A stretch of 62,927 nt of DNA, filler included, from Licmophora abbreviata (Eukaryota), in the NCBI GenBank assembly GCA_900291995.1. It is 10 parts of 10 records of this genome, joined end to end, with 100 filler letters (N's around TTAATTAATTAA, not from the genome) between each part and the next. Parts side by side here need not be neighbours in the genome. Positions count along the whole stretch, not along the records: positions 1 to 11,098 come from OLMU01000432.1; positions 11,199 to 13,010 come from OLMU01000433.1; 8 more parts are not named here. The stretch is one strand, 5' to 3'. The position numbers were made by a program, and so were the translations under genes. Below are positions 1 to 11,391 of the stretch, piece by piece. Each line of letters starts with the position of its first letter. Position 1 is the stretch's first letter. Under the pieces are notes generated by a model. The model saw only the letters and a list, made by a program, of their open reading frames with translations. It did no database searches and was not told the origin of the DNA.

Positions 1-14
1 AGCTGGCACTGGAT

Positions 15-901
15 TTGGCCAAGGCGAATGCGGATAGTCGCGAGCATGTAGAAGAATGGCTTCAACGTGCATTACAAGAAGTTCAGCTGCTGCGCGAGCG
101 GTTGGAACATGCCGGTGTCGATCCAGCTACTATTATTCCGCCGCCGGCCTCTCCCGGAAGAAAATCGTCTGTGAGATTTACCGAAAGTCCGACAAGACTT
201 TCACCAGAACCGATCCCGGAAGAGCCAGAAGAGTACGAGGTAACGCCTAGAAGCCAAGCGTCTCGGCCCATGGTTGCTGCTGGCCGGCAGCTGCTGCAGA
301 GAGCAAAGCCGATTTCTACTCCGGGCGGAGGCGACTCTTCGTGTCATTCCGTCACGTTCACTCCAGAGGCATCGTCGGAACGCCGAAATAAGCTCCGAGA
401 GCGCCTTCACGCCATGGCTGATGACGGTATTCATCATTCTCCCGCCAAGCAGGAGACGCACACGGGATCTGTTCATGGCATCGACATGGGACTGGCTACG
501 AAAGCAATGGAGGCAAACCGCAATGTCTGCAAACACCTCGTGGAGAGTGGGAAGAAACTAGGACTTGGAGGACACTGGTTGAACAGCTCGTCGCCAATGT
601 CGCCTGCCGATGAAAGTGTCGAGGTCGTGACAAGACATTATTGTCATTCCGTAGAGGTACGTCGTGCTAGTTGTGTTGCCCAATTGCTCGTGCTCCTAAT
701 GATTCGTCTACTTACGGGTGACGCCGTATGTTGCTTGGTTTTGTATTTTAGGCAAAGATTGGAACGCAAACCGAAGAACTCAAGGAGCTTGGGGCGTTGT
801 GCGACTATCTTGAACAGAAGTTGGTTGTCGATGACGAGAAATTTACTGCCATGTCGGTCTCAAGTGCGACGGAGGAGATCGACGACAAGGGACCGGTCTA
901 A
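15..901 (+). CDS. 3' part of an uncharacterised coiled-coil protein (5' end outside the window); intron 657-751
   Basis: Open frame from the window edge. Phase-0 intron GTAC...TTTAG restores AKIGTQTEELKELGALCDYLEQK...GPV* with the stop at 899-901. No family recognised. Confidence 0.55.
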
Positions 902-1093
902 GTTGCATTTCCTCGTTATCCCCAATACCTACCGCTCTGTAAAGAGCAAGACTCTCCCCCATTTGCGAATCCTGTAACGGATAATTTACTTTTATGCTAC
1001 CGTTACTAGTCTAGCTAGCTACAAAACGGGATGAGCTTTTTGGCGTATGTGCCGACAAGCAGCCACCTTCATCGACTGGTCTCTGATCACCCA

Positions 1094-1175
1094 ACACGTG
1101 GAAGGAGATGTGTGACTGATTCGACCCAGATGCATCGTCCAATGAAGTTCACTTTTGGCGCGTGCTGGCACGTGC
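1094..1175 (+). promoter_or_regulatory. Two CACGTG (G-box/E-box) elements upstream of phytotransferrin copy 1; candidate low-iron response elements
   Basis: ACACGTGG at 1094-1101 and palindromic GCACGTGC at 1168-1175, 250-330 nt upstream of the ATG. CACGTG-core motifs have been reported in promoters of diatom iron-starvation genes. Confidence 0.45.
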
Positions 1176-1425
1176 TCCATCTGGTCATGAGCCTCTCCGT
1201 GACGTAGACACGCCATCGGAGCTCCCACACGCCTCACTTTTTGTTGTCCATCTGCGTTTTCGCGCCAAATTTGCACGCGCTTGGATCCTGTCGCGGTATC
1301 TTTTGAACGAGGGACCACTGGATTGATGGCACGAGCGCCGCAAATTGAACTTCCAGTTGTTCCACCGTAGCAGATCACAGTTCCTGTTGTCGACTGACAC
1401 CTCTGTCTCTCATCTCTAGTCAACC

Positions 1426-3311
1426 ATGGTGTCCATCAAGTCCCTTGCCATCTCCATGTTGCTCGCTCAGTGCGAGGCGTCCCTCCGACCCTCCACAAGC
1501 GAGCGTCATCTTTCGAACGGAAAGCTTGCTACGTATGAGTCAAGGCTGAAATTTTCTGATCATGTAAGTGTGTGCGCGTGTGTGCTGGTCGCTCCATCAT
1601 CTGCCCCTGCCTATCCCCACGCTGTGCTCACTTCGCGACTCTCATCTGACTGCTTTTTTCAGGCGGCGATCGATCTCGACCAAGCCGAAATGGAGAACCA
1701 GCTGGCAGGTGGCACGGAATCATCTTACGTGGTTGCCAAGGGTATCTACGAGAATGGTGGATCCTCCAAGTCTTTCGCTGAGGTTACGATTGAAGGCGGA
1801 ACGCCTGGCGAAATCCTGAAGGGCACTGAGATCATCGGACAGACACAGAACGGTGACGATGTGCGCGGAGTAGCCTACGCTAAATTTGACGAGGGGTCCG
1901 CCGTCATTCAAGTCCAGTATGCAACGAGCGACGATTTGACTGCGCACGTCAACTGCAAGGCCGGAGGGCTTGTTGCGGCGCAGGCCGCCGTACTCGACGG
2001 ATGTGAGTTATGGCTTCGAAAGAGTTCTGTGCTGTCTGCGATCCACTTTCTCTAACACATCTGCTAATCAAACCTTCTTCGCTCAGGTTTCAACAACACT
2101 GGTACAATGGAGGTCACTGGAGTTGGGTCCGTCACATACAGTTACAACAAAAGGCAGGACAACAAGAACGGCCGCACTCTGCAGGGATTCAGCACCCAAG
2201 CGCGTGCAAAAATGCGTGCCTGCACTGACTGCTCACCATACTCCGACTACGAGAAGTTCTACAACTACTACGGCCACTTCGACTATGGCGACAAATGGGT
2301 GCAGGCCGCTTTTGCAGGGACCCAAACCAGTTTCACCAAAGGAAATGCCAATTTTGGTCTTTATAGCTTTCGAGGAAAGACTGGTACGTCCGTTTTCTTA
2401 AGGTATACAGGAACTTTTATATGTTGCACTAACTGATGCTCGCCCTTGTTTCCTCCGTCTCTATAGAGGTCATCCAGAAGGGAACTGTTTACTTGAATGT
2501 CCTCATGTACGTTATCTATGAGATGGAAGATGCCCTTGATGATTGCCAGGTCGGATGTCTTGACTGCAACGACGACCCTGTGCATGCTTGGGACGAAGCC
2601 GTCGCGTTCTACACTGGTTCCTTGGAGGGTGAAAGCGGATTCGGCGCCGGAAAGCTCCTGTTTGCGCTTGCGGACAAGCGTTGTGCCAACTTCAAGACCT
2701 GCGGTACCAACGGTGACGGTATCGAGGGCATATCCAAGCTGAATCATGAAATCATTTCGGAGTTCAAGAAGGGCCAGAGGGACCTTCTCAGCGGAAAGTG
2801 CTCCGATGCTCGCAAGAAGAAGGAACGAATCGCCCAGCTTATGTTCGTTCCTTTGATCCAGGGAACGCTTCGTTATGCCCACATTACCGCGACGGATCCG
2901 ACTGCGGGGGAGAAGGCCGAAGCTGAGGGTGCTGTTTTTGCCGCCGCTGTATTGCCAGTGGTTCATGCCTGTAACGAGGGAGATGCCACGACGATCTACG
3001 ACAATATGAAGGTCGGTTCTGACACTGCTGATTACAAGGCTGTGAAGAGTGCCTTCGAGAACAACTATGGGTGCATGAAAATCTCCTGTAAGGATGTCGG
3101 TGGTTTGTACGACGACGGATATTTGGAGTACTATGAAGGCATGGAACCTTGTACCGATGGCAGTGACAAGAACACAGTAGGAATTGCAATTGGTGCCACT
3201 GTTGGTGCCCTGGTGGTGATTGTTGCTGGATTCTTCCTCTATCGCCGCCGTCGGGCATCGGGAGTCGAGGACAAGTTCTCAGGCAGTACTGCTGGAACGG
3301 AGGTCGCCTAA
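1426..3311 (+). CDS. ISIP2A: Phytotransferrin / iron-starvation-induced protein 2a (FEA1 family), copy 1; about 539 aa; introns 1564-1662, 2003-2086, 2384-2466
   Basis: Signal peptide. Motifs DH|AAIDLDQ, KGIYENGG, NGRTLQGFS, FYNYYG, VHAWDEAVAFYTGSLEG, ADKRCANF, VPLIQGTLRYA, AEGAVFAAAVLP. C-terminal TM helix followed by RRRR. Spliced length of 1620 nt is in frame. Confidence 0.88.
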
Positions 3312-3854
3312 ATCTTCCCTGGGGTGTCGGCATTCCGTCTCGTCGACCTAACACTTCGTAATGCCTGTGATCTACTAAGTATCTATTAGCATCTGTTTCC
3401 TGCTTCAATAGTCATGGTACGTACAATAGAAACGGCATTGTCCGCGGGGTTAAGTGCTTCATCTATATCGGTGCCTACCGGTGTTTCAGTAGCGTTGTAT
3501 TACATCGTCCATGTGTCCGTCTTCACACTCACAATGAAGAATGAGACGGCCGGCTCTGCAGATTCTAAGGTGAAATTTTGAAATTTTTGAGTCGCATATG
3601 TATAATAGGTATCCTCAGACGTGAATATGAGTGATTGCATTCTTCCTTCGCGCCAGGGAAGCGCCGTGGCGCTTTGATGAGAAAGAGAAGCAATGACCAA
3701 CTTCGCATTGTGAAAGTCAAGAGTCGCTGCAACCTCACTCAAGAGCTCCTTGAGTCGCTGCTGCTTCCTTCATTTCGTGTTCACACGCGCCAAAAGACAA
3801 ACAGATCGCTCTCCAAGTGATCCTTCGAGCAAAGTCTTCAACCTTCGCACCATC

Positions 3855-5748
3855 ATGTTCTTCAAGTCCGCTTCGGTTCTCACGGCACTCCTTGTCGCGT
3901 TCTTTCCACGCGAATCTGCTGGGTTCTATGAGCACATTGCTGAATACTTGCCCCAGTCGCTCGTCACTGATTTCGTAAGTGTACCATCGTGCAGCCCTCT
4001 CGCTCGGATAGAATCTCGCTCACTGTTTGAACACGCACCTCCGCTTTTTTCTGTTCTGGTTTTGAAGAATGCCTTGGATCTCGACCAGCAATCCATTCGT
4101 GAGACCCTCAGCGACAAGAACTTCCCTGCCGCCAAGGCTCTCTTTGAACGCGGGGCTCACTCGGGCAGCTACGCTGTTCTTAACTTGGATACCCCTCTCG
4201 CAATTCCCGTCAACGACGGCTCGTATGTGGTCGGGACGAGCTATGCGACAGATGGGATGGCTCGCGGGAATGTGAGAGGCAACTACGCTAAAGGAGACAC
4301 GCAATTGGAGGTCGTTTACGCGGTTTCGGATAACCAAGAGCACTGGGTGGGCTGCCGTGTAGGTGCGCTCACTGAGATTTCTAGCGCTGTGAAGGACGGA
4401 TGTAAGTTCTATAAAATGGTGTCGTGGGTGAAGCGGTACAACAATCTCTCTTGGAGACGCACACTCATCTATTGCTCCCTTCTCTCCTCAGGCTCTGCTT
4501 CTCCCGGCAACATCACAGGTCATCAGCAGACGGTGTCTACCGGCTACACGTATAGTATCCATCAAGACAACATGAACTCCCAATCGATGTGGAGGCTCAG
4601 CTCCAGTGCCGGCCGCTTCATGCTGGACTGCGACGATATCTGTCCAGTCCCGCTCTTCAAGATGTTCCATAACTTTTACGGAGTGTCGGACTACGGCAAT
4701 GTTTGGATCGAAGCTGCGTTTAACAAGGCAGCCACCACCTTTCCTCTTCGCGGAAATGTCAACTTTGGGGGATTGTCGGACCACAGTCGTGCAGGTACGT
4801 ACTATTCTCTTTATTGACCAGCAACCTCACGACTGCGAAATAGGGATTGCCTGACTGAAAGCCTGTTTCACTTGTCCCGTCTCTATAGCTGCCATCTCGA
4901 GGGCTACGGTCGTCTTGAACGTCTGGATGACTGTAGCCTATTTGCTGGAGAAAGCTTCGCGCAAGTGCAACGATGGATGCTCCGACTGTAACACTGCGCA
5001 CGTGCACTTGTGGGACACAGCCGTTGCATACTACACCGGATCGCTAGAAGGAGAGGATGGGTCTGGTCCTGGCGTAATGCTTTATGGCCTGGCCGACGAA
5101 AAGTGCAAAAACTTCAATACGTGTGGCGAAGACGCAAGCACTACCGACGGAACTTCCAAGGTGAACCATGACCTAATCGCCCTTTTCCGAAGTGGGCAGC
5201 TGCACTTGGCCAACGGGCAGTGCAGCGAAGTGCGTCGCATGAAGCTAGCCATTGAGCATCTCATGGCCGTCCCTCTCATTCAGGGATTGCTCGAGCACGC
5301 GTACAGGCGCGCGAAGGAGCCCGATCATACGGAGTCGGAAATGGCGGAGGGAGCGGTGTATGCTGCTGCTGTGGTGCCCCTTGTCGCGCGCTGCTCCTCC
5401 ACCGGTGCGGATTTTATTCACGAAAACATGAAGATTGGCTCGTCGACTCCGCCAGACTTTGACGAGATCAAGCACATTCTCGAAAAGGCTCATGGATGCA
5501 TGGGCATCAGAGGTCAAGATGTGGGTGGATTCTACAATCATGCGGAGCAGAAGTACCATGAGGGTGCTGCGCCGAAGACTTCCTCGGGTGGCAGCAATGC
5601 TGGACTTGCCGTTGGTTTGACGATTGCGGCTCTTGCCGTTCTCGGTGTAGGATTCTTTGTGTACAGGCGTCGCCGACGCTCGGCTACTGCTGCGCCCGCT
5701 GTTTCGGAGCCACCCGCGGAAGCGTCGGAAGGACTCTTCCTAACCTAA
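3855..5748 (+). CDS. Divergent phytotransferrin (ISIP2a/FEA1-like) paralog, copy 2; about 538 aa; introns 3975-4067, 4402-4491, 4795-4888
   Basis: Colinear with copy 1 (NALDLDQ, HLWDTAVAYYTGSLEG, VPLIQG, AEGAVYAAAVVP, TM + RRRRR). The three introns sit at the same positions and phases. Spliced length of 1617 nt is in frame. Confidence 0.85.
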
Positions 5749-5858
5749 GCGTACGCGAGAAGGTCTTGCATGCAGAGCGCTCTTTCACGAATACATTTGT
5801 TAGGTCGAAATAGACGATACAAGAGCGTCTATTATTAAAAGAGAGCTGATTTTGTTAC

Positions 5859-6719
5859 TCATGTTTTCGTCTCAGTATCTTTTCCGATCTGCCAACAGGA
5901 AGGGACAGAATAGATGTGTACGTTCTTTGCGCTTAGGGGCGACTGCTTCCACCCTGGAATTGCAAACACATTGGAGAGTACGAGAGTTCCGGGACGAAGT
6001 TCGCTTCTGAGTTTGACGCCTAGATCTTTCATTATGGGATTCAGGCCATACACTGCCACGACGTCCACCTCTGTAAGGCCGACATGCCACAGGTCTTGCA
6101 AGCGAAATTCTGTTGAGGACCGATACCGAGACTGAAATATTCGTCGGGTCGACGCCCATGCATGAAGCACTGTTAGATCGAGGTGTTTGGTAGTGTACAG
6201 AGGTGCATATGGTGTTTGCAAGTCGATGAGCGATGAGGGACACATCAGTAAGACCGTCTAATCGGACAGACAGAACCACGCAGACTTACACGGATTGATC
6301 TCGTATCCTATGCACTTGTTGAATATACCCTCCCTCGCTGCTCGAAATACAACCCTCCCGTCTCCGCTTCCAAGGTCGACGAATCGGAGGTGCTGATTTG
6401 CCTCGAGTTTTCTCTTGATGTGATGGTCCTTCCGAAGCTGCGTGAACATTGTATTGACACTCTTCTGAAAAGTCGGTAAATAGGGCGCTCCTCTTCCTCG
6501 CAGTACTGGAGGGAGACTGAGGAGGATGCCAACGTTTGCGACACAAAATATTCCGGCGCCAACAGCGAATGCCGGATGAAGCTTGTTGCTGCTGGTCGCT
6601 GGCACTACATTCGTCTCATCGTCGTCGGAGAGGACTTTGATCAGTGCGTCCAGTATTTTCGGATCAGAGGCGTCGAGCGCGTCACTTCTGCCCTTCGCAT
6701 CGCTGGGGCTGTCGGACAT
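5859..6719 (-). CDS. FAM173/ATPSCKMT-like class I SAM-dependent protein lysine methyltransferase; intron 6170-6289
   Basis: N-terminal TM helix, APYLPT, motif I VDLGSGDGR, GYEINP|LL, VYGL, LRSELRPG.VLSNVF.IPGW. Confidence 0.75.
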
Positions 6720-7026
6720 TACGAACTTACTCCCGACACCGACATGCTGTTCGTCGCCATTGTCAATGAAAGTGAATTGGAGATGTGACTGTCGAGGAGA
6801 TCTGCCGCGCGGCGTTATCCTCGCGAGATGAGAATCTGTCTTGCGAGCTCCATCATGAAAACGACCTCCAGGGAGCTCGAGTTTTGTTCCAAGCAATGTT
6901 TTGACTGATCCGAGTTTGACCATGATATGGACTAGCTGCGGCGGCTTGTCGATGTCTGACTTCTACTGAGTGCGCTTTGACCGTATCTCTACATGCCACA
7001 GTCGTGTTGGAATCTTGCATTCAACA

Positions 7027-8652
7027 ATGGAAGCATTAGAACAATCCGCTCCGGCCAATACCTCCGCGCGGCCGCCCTTTGTACATCGACTAGTACGACG
7101 ACAGCGCTCCATCGACGAGGCCGACAATAAGTCAAGCACGAGTCCGACCTCGCTGCCACTGGGTGCCTTGACGCCCTCGAAAGATCATTTTGGGCCGCAG
7201 TTTCTGCTGGGACTTACTGTCGCAGGAGTAGCAAGCGTGCTTCTCACGACGATCTTTGGCCTTTTCCACGTCGACATCTTCTTGCGGTTTTACGATATGC
7301 CGCTTACCACCTTTGCCACTGGGAACTTCATCTTTTCTTTCATCAATACAGCCAATGACTTAGCTAGTGCTTGGATTGTGGATCATACCGCTACAAAAGC
7401 GTCTCGAAGTTCGCTCGTCGGAATTTCGGGGTGCTTGTTTTCCCTCTGCTTCCTCACACCTTTTTTCCGACCCCGACATCTTGACAACGTCAAGGCGGGT
7501 GTCCACTTTGTGACTTCACTCTCCCTATACGATACCATGTACTCGTTTGTCGCGATTCTGATTGGATCGGTCGTCACAGACAATCATAACATGTCCGACA
7601 AGGAGCGAGTCCGATTCATGGCATCCGGAAAGGTGGTCAATCTTGTTGCGTCATTTATCGTAGCGCGCCTGGGACTGGAGCTCTTTGAGTCGAGCAACAT
7701 GCGCATCTTTCGCATCTTTTTGCTCTGCTTGAGTCTCCTTACTGGTATCATGTTTCTGTTTGCCCAGTTTCTCATGAACGCTCACGTCCTTGTCTACTGG
7801 AGACAATGTCGCTTTCGACGAAAATCGAACGCTGAGGACAGCCCGTCGATGGAACGGCCGCACCATGATGCGGCTCGAAAGACTCAGTCCTTGAAGTTTC
7901 AGCAGGTCGTCAGAGATCTTTGGTCTCATTCCAACTTTTCGGCGTGGATTGGCATGGAGATGCTATTGGAGTGTCAAAACACCTTTGTACATAGTTTCTC
8001 AAAGACCTTTGTCGATCGACTCGTCTTCGATGCTGGCGTGTCGCGCGATGCATGCGATTGGCTGCTCTCGATTTTACCGTCGCTCAAGCAGATTGCGGGC
8101 ATCGCTTGCTACATTCCGATACGACGATTTGGTTATCATAAGATCTACAAATGGCTCTTTGTTTGCAATTTGGTACTGTCGGCATTGTGTCTAGCGTTGG
8201 TGTCAACGTCGAATCCGTATTCTATTATGGGATACATGGTTGCATACAAAGTCGCGACGGGGGCGGTTCAGTCGGCTGGCTTTCACCTGGCAATGTCGGA
8301 TATGGTATTGGAGATGAAACGCAAGCACGCAGAAGAAGGGCGTTTTGACGAGCCATCGCTTGCAGGTATGCTCATGGGCGCCAACGCCCTGTTGTGTAAA
8401 CCGATGGAATCGTTTCTTCCTATCGTCGCGGCGTATTTTCTGGGAGGAACAGATTTTTCCGGTGACCAATTCTCACAAGAGTCCCGACAAACTCTGTTTT
8501 ACTTGCTGGTCGTTCCACCTATTGCCTTTTCGTGTCTGCAGCTCCTGTCATGGAGACGATACACACTTCATCCGGATAGGACAGAGAGGATGCGAAGCGA
8601 ACTCCTGCGACTGCATAGCATGCGCGACGTGGAATCAACCTACAACATGTAA
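7027..8652 (+). CDS. MFS-type multi-pass membrane protein, TMEM180/MFSD13A-like
   Basis: About 11-12 hydrophobic segments; HVDIFL, NTAND, LSLYDT, GANALLCKP motifs; intronless. Confidence 0.65.
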   Translation: MEALEQSAPANTSARPPFVHRLVRRQRSIDEADNKSSTSPTSLPLGALTPSKDHFGPQFLLGLTVAGVASVLLTTIFGLFHVDIFLRFYDMPLTTFATGNFIFSFINTANDLASAWIVDHTATKASRSSLVGISGCLFSLCFLTPFFRPRHLDNVKAGVHFVTSLSLYDTMYSFVAILIGSVVTDNHNMSDKERVRFMASGKVVNLVASFIVARLGLELFESSNMRIFRIFLLCLSLLTGIMFLFAQFLMNAHVLVYWRQCRFRRKSNAEDSPSMERPHHDAARKTQSLKFQQVVRDLWSHSNFSAWIGMEMLLECQNTFVHSFSKTFVDRLVFDAGVSRDACDWLLSILPSLKQIAGIACYIPIRRFGYHKIYKWLFVCNLVLSALCLALVSTSNPYSIMGYMVAYKVATGAVQSAGFHLAMSDMVLEMKRKHAEEGRFDEPSLAGMLMGANALLCKPMESFLPIVAAYFLGGTDFSGDQFSQESRQTLFYLLVVPPIAFSCLQLLSWRRYTLHPDRTERMRSELLRLHSMRDVESTYNM

Positions 8653-8707
8653 ATTACTTATCATTGAACATTGTGCTTTAGTCTGGTCGTCATCTCGCTG
8701 CGCACCC

Positions 8708-10162
8708 CTAGTACAATGCATCGGGAAAATCGTGGCCTACGGACAAGTCCGCCTGCTCTCTCCAAACTGAGTACCGTTGCAGCACACTCCGATCGTTGGT
8801 AGGGAGTCGCAGCTGTTTGCAGCATGACTCGCAGAGAGCACGTGGACCCCCATCAGTCTTTTCGTTGGAAGCCGATGAAACAAACTCGGCGGGTCGTCGA
8901 CGGCATGCATCACAATCCGCCCAAGGATATGACTGCGTCCATACGTCGTGGAGAATGGGATACGACGACATGGTAGATATTGGACCGTATCGTATATCGG
9001 TGAGAAAGATGGAGCATTCCACGTCGCCGTGATGGCAGTGATAATAGCGTACTCCCAACTTCCACGCGATTTGATCTAGTCGAACATTCGCCATGGGCTC
9101 GACGGACACTGCACTCTTATCCTTCATCCCCAGAAAGGTACAACGCGGCGCATCAAACCATCTTGTTATGGGGTCTACATAGTCTTCGAACCCCGTCGTG
9201 TAGAAATCATCCTCAATCATGAAGACTCCCGAGTCATCGTACGCTGAATCGGTACCACCGGACGTCGTCGCGTTTGTAGCCCTTGCCTCCCGCCACAACT
9301 CATCGCCAGTGAGTTCAACGATGGCGTCGTGCACATCCTGCAATGTTTGTGTTCCAAGAAACTCAAGTTCCATACGATACGCATCGGGCGAGGGCCCTCG
9401 TCTGAGCTGGCGCCTCCAACATTCCAGTCGTATCATCGTCGCGTGGTTTTCATCCCTCTTGAGAGTATCATCGGATGACGTTGAAACTGGTGGTTCTGGG
9501 GGCAGACCGTGTCGGTCACGCATTCGCATTCGAGCGAGGGCATGTCCGTCCGTGCGAGGATTGTTCTGCAAGGCTGTCGTTATTTCGGCATGAACGTTTC
9601 GCATATTCGTACACTTGGTTCGACTCGCAAGGTGTGACTCAAGCTGTTCCAATGTTGGCACCGACTGAAATATCTTCCAGAGTTCCCGTTCGAACGAGAG
9701 CGTTTCGCCCGACGGGTTTTGCAGTGACACAACTCTTTCACCGTCTCCTGTGTCGGGAGGAGGAGACGACTGTCGAGTCGCATAATCAAAATTCTCGGGC
9801 AGTTGCAGTCTGCGAGCATCCCATCCCTGTCGTCGCTTAGACGGAATGGGAACCTCGTCCGCCCGCTTCCGTTTGCGCGCCGCTTCCTCCTCGCCCTCAA
9901 TCATAGTGGTGGATGCATTTTCTGTGGGAGTAGAAAGTGACATATCAACCACTCTTCGCTCTTCTAAGTGTTTCCATTGACGAATGTAATCGTTGAGAAC
10001 ACGGTCGACCATGACGCAAGGTGGGGGCACCTCCATTTCGCTGCAGTCAAACGGATCTGTGCCATCTGTGGATGTCGTCTGTTTGGCGGAATGCGGTGGC
10101 ATCTTTCGATCAAGTAGAGCCTTCCATCGTTTCTCCGAGTCGGAAGCTCTTATTTTCTTCAT
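8708..10162 (-). CDS. SNAPC3: snRNA-activating protein complex subunit 3 (SNAP50)-like
   Basis: LGTQTLQDVHDAI, SGVFMIEDDFY, YYHCHHGDVEC, and a C-terminal zinc finger CDAC...LCESC typical of the SNAP50 C-terminus. Confidence 0.75.
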   Translation of the reverse strand: MKKIRASDSEKRWKALLDRKMPPHSAKQTTSTDGTDPFDCSEMEVPPPCVMVDRVLNDYIRQWKHLEERRVVDMSLSTPTENASTTMIEGEEEAARKRKRADEVPIPSKRRQGWDARRLQLPENFDYATRQSSPPPDTGDGERVVSLQNPSGETLSFERELWKIFQSVPTLEQLESHLASRTKCTNMRNVHAEITTALQNNPRTDGHALARMRMRDRHGLPPEPPVSTSSDDTLKRDENHATMIRLECWRRQLRRGPSPDAYRMELEFLGTQTLQDVHDAIVELTGDELWREARATNATTSGGTDSAYDDSGVFMIEDDFYTTGFEDYVDPITRWFDAPRCTFLGMKDKSAVSVEPMANVRLDQIAWKLGVRYYHCHHGDVECSIFLTDIRYGPISTMSSYPILHDVWTQSYPWADCDACRRRPAEFVSSASNEKTDGGPRALCESCCKQLRLPTNDRSVLQRYSVWREQADLSVGHDFPDALY

Positions 10163-10812
10163 GGTGAATCGGAACAAGGCAGCGAAGATGGTAAGGCGAC
10201 CATTGATAAATGAGACGCATCGCGGTGTCGAGTGAGTCAGTCGAGTCAGTCTCCGACCTTTCGCTTTTGTTGCTATGTGCTCATACCGTCTGTTCCGTTT
10301 GGGCGAGTGTTCTCGTGAGTGCCACACATGAGCACGGTAAATCGTCTGACTTTATCAGTGTTCGATTCGCAAGCGAATCGAATCGAATGAACAAAATTCC
10401 CTCATGAAAGTTTTGGCCTGATGAACAAAATAATTAGTGTGTGCCACACAGGAGCACGTTAGATCGGATATCTCTTTAAGTAGTATTGCGCGCAAGCCAA
10501 TCGAATTGGCTTCTAAGTACACTGTAGCAAAATTTTCGGACGTTCGTGTCGTACACGATACACACATAGAAATTTCGGAACAGAAAGATGTGAAAGACGT
10601 ATGTCGATGCTTTCATCGAACAGAGCGTCATCAAGTGCAAAGATAATCAAGTCCTTCTTTTTTTAATTCAGCTGTTACTGGGCCTAAGTCCTAAGGTAGA
10701 AGAGTAGTTCCAGTATCTGTCACGCTGGTCAGGAGTCCATTGAAAAAGGGAGATCTTTCCGCCGTAGACTCACCCAGCACTGTTTCTGCTGTGTTTTTCT
10801 CAGCGATCCACA

Positions 10813-11098
10813 ATGAAACTGGCTAAGACTATCGGATCTCTGGGCTTGTTGGTCCTCTTTTTGGTCGTCAGAAGTAATGGTGCTGTCGATACGAACGCTG
10901 CGAAAGAGCAAATCACGACGAGCTTAGGACTAATCGCCATGGAGTCGACCGGCGTACTCTCCAAGTGGCTTGCTGACCTGATCGCTTTCGGCACAAAGAA
11001 CATGCCTTCGGGAAAAAATGAAGAGTCTAGCGCAGGCAGCATCGGTCTCTTTTTTGAGTTGATTCGTGGGCTCGGCGCAGCAGCCACAAGGACTGGAA
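10813..11098 (+). CDS. Putative secreted protein, N-terminal fragment cut by the gap
   Basis: ATG followed by signal-peptide-like MKLAKTIGSLGLLVLFLVVRSNG; the frame stays open to the spacer. Confidence 0.4.
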
Positions 11099-11198
11099 NN
11101 NNNNNNNNNNNNNNNNNNNNNNNNNNNNNNNNNNNNNNNNNNTTAATTAATTAANNNNNNNNNNNNNNNNNNNNNNNNNNNNNNNNNNNNNNNNNNNN
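11099..11198. other. Artificial contig spacer
   Basis: N44-TTAATTAATTAA-N44, with stops in all six frames. Confidence 0.97.
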
Positions 11199-11391
11199 AA
11201 GCGCAGTGTTCGATGATAGGAGCAGTAGTACGTACGTGGTTCATTTGGATGCAAAGTGCAAAAATGCTTAGGAGATGATGAATAGATCTCTCCTGCTGTT
11301 CGCAGCATGTTCGTGTGCCATGTGCTATGGTCGGGTAATACATACGGTGTCGGTCGAAAATCTTACTTAAGACTTTTTCATCTTGTCAATG

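Noticed and set aside
10356..10375. GTTCGATTC as a tRNA T-loop/B-box
   Set aside because: No T-stem pairing, A-box or cloverleaf around it.
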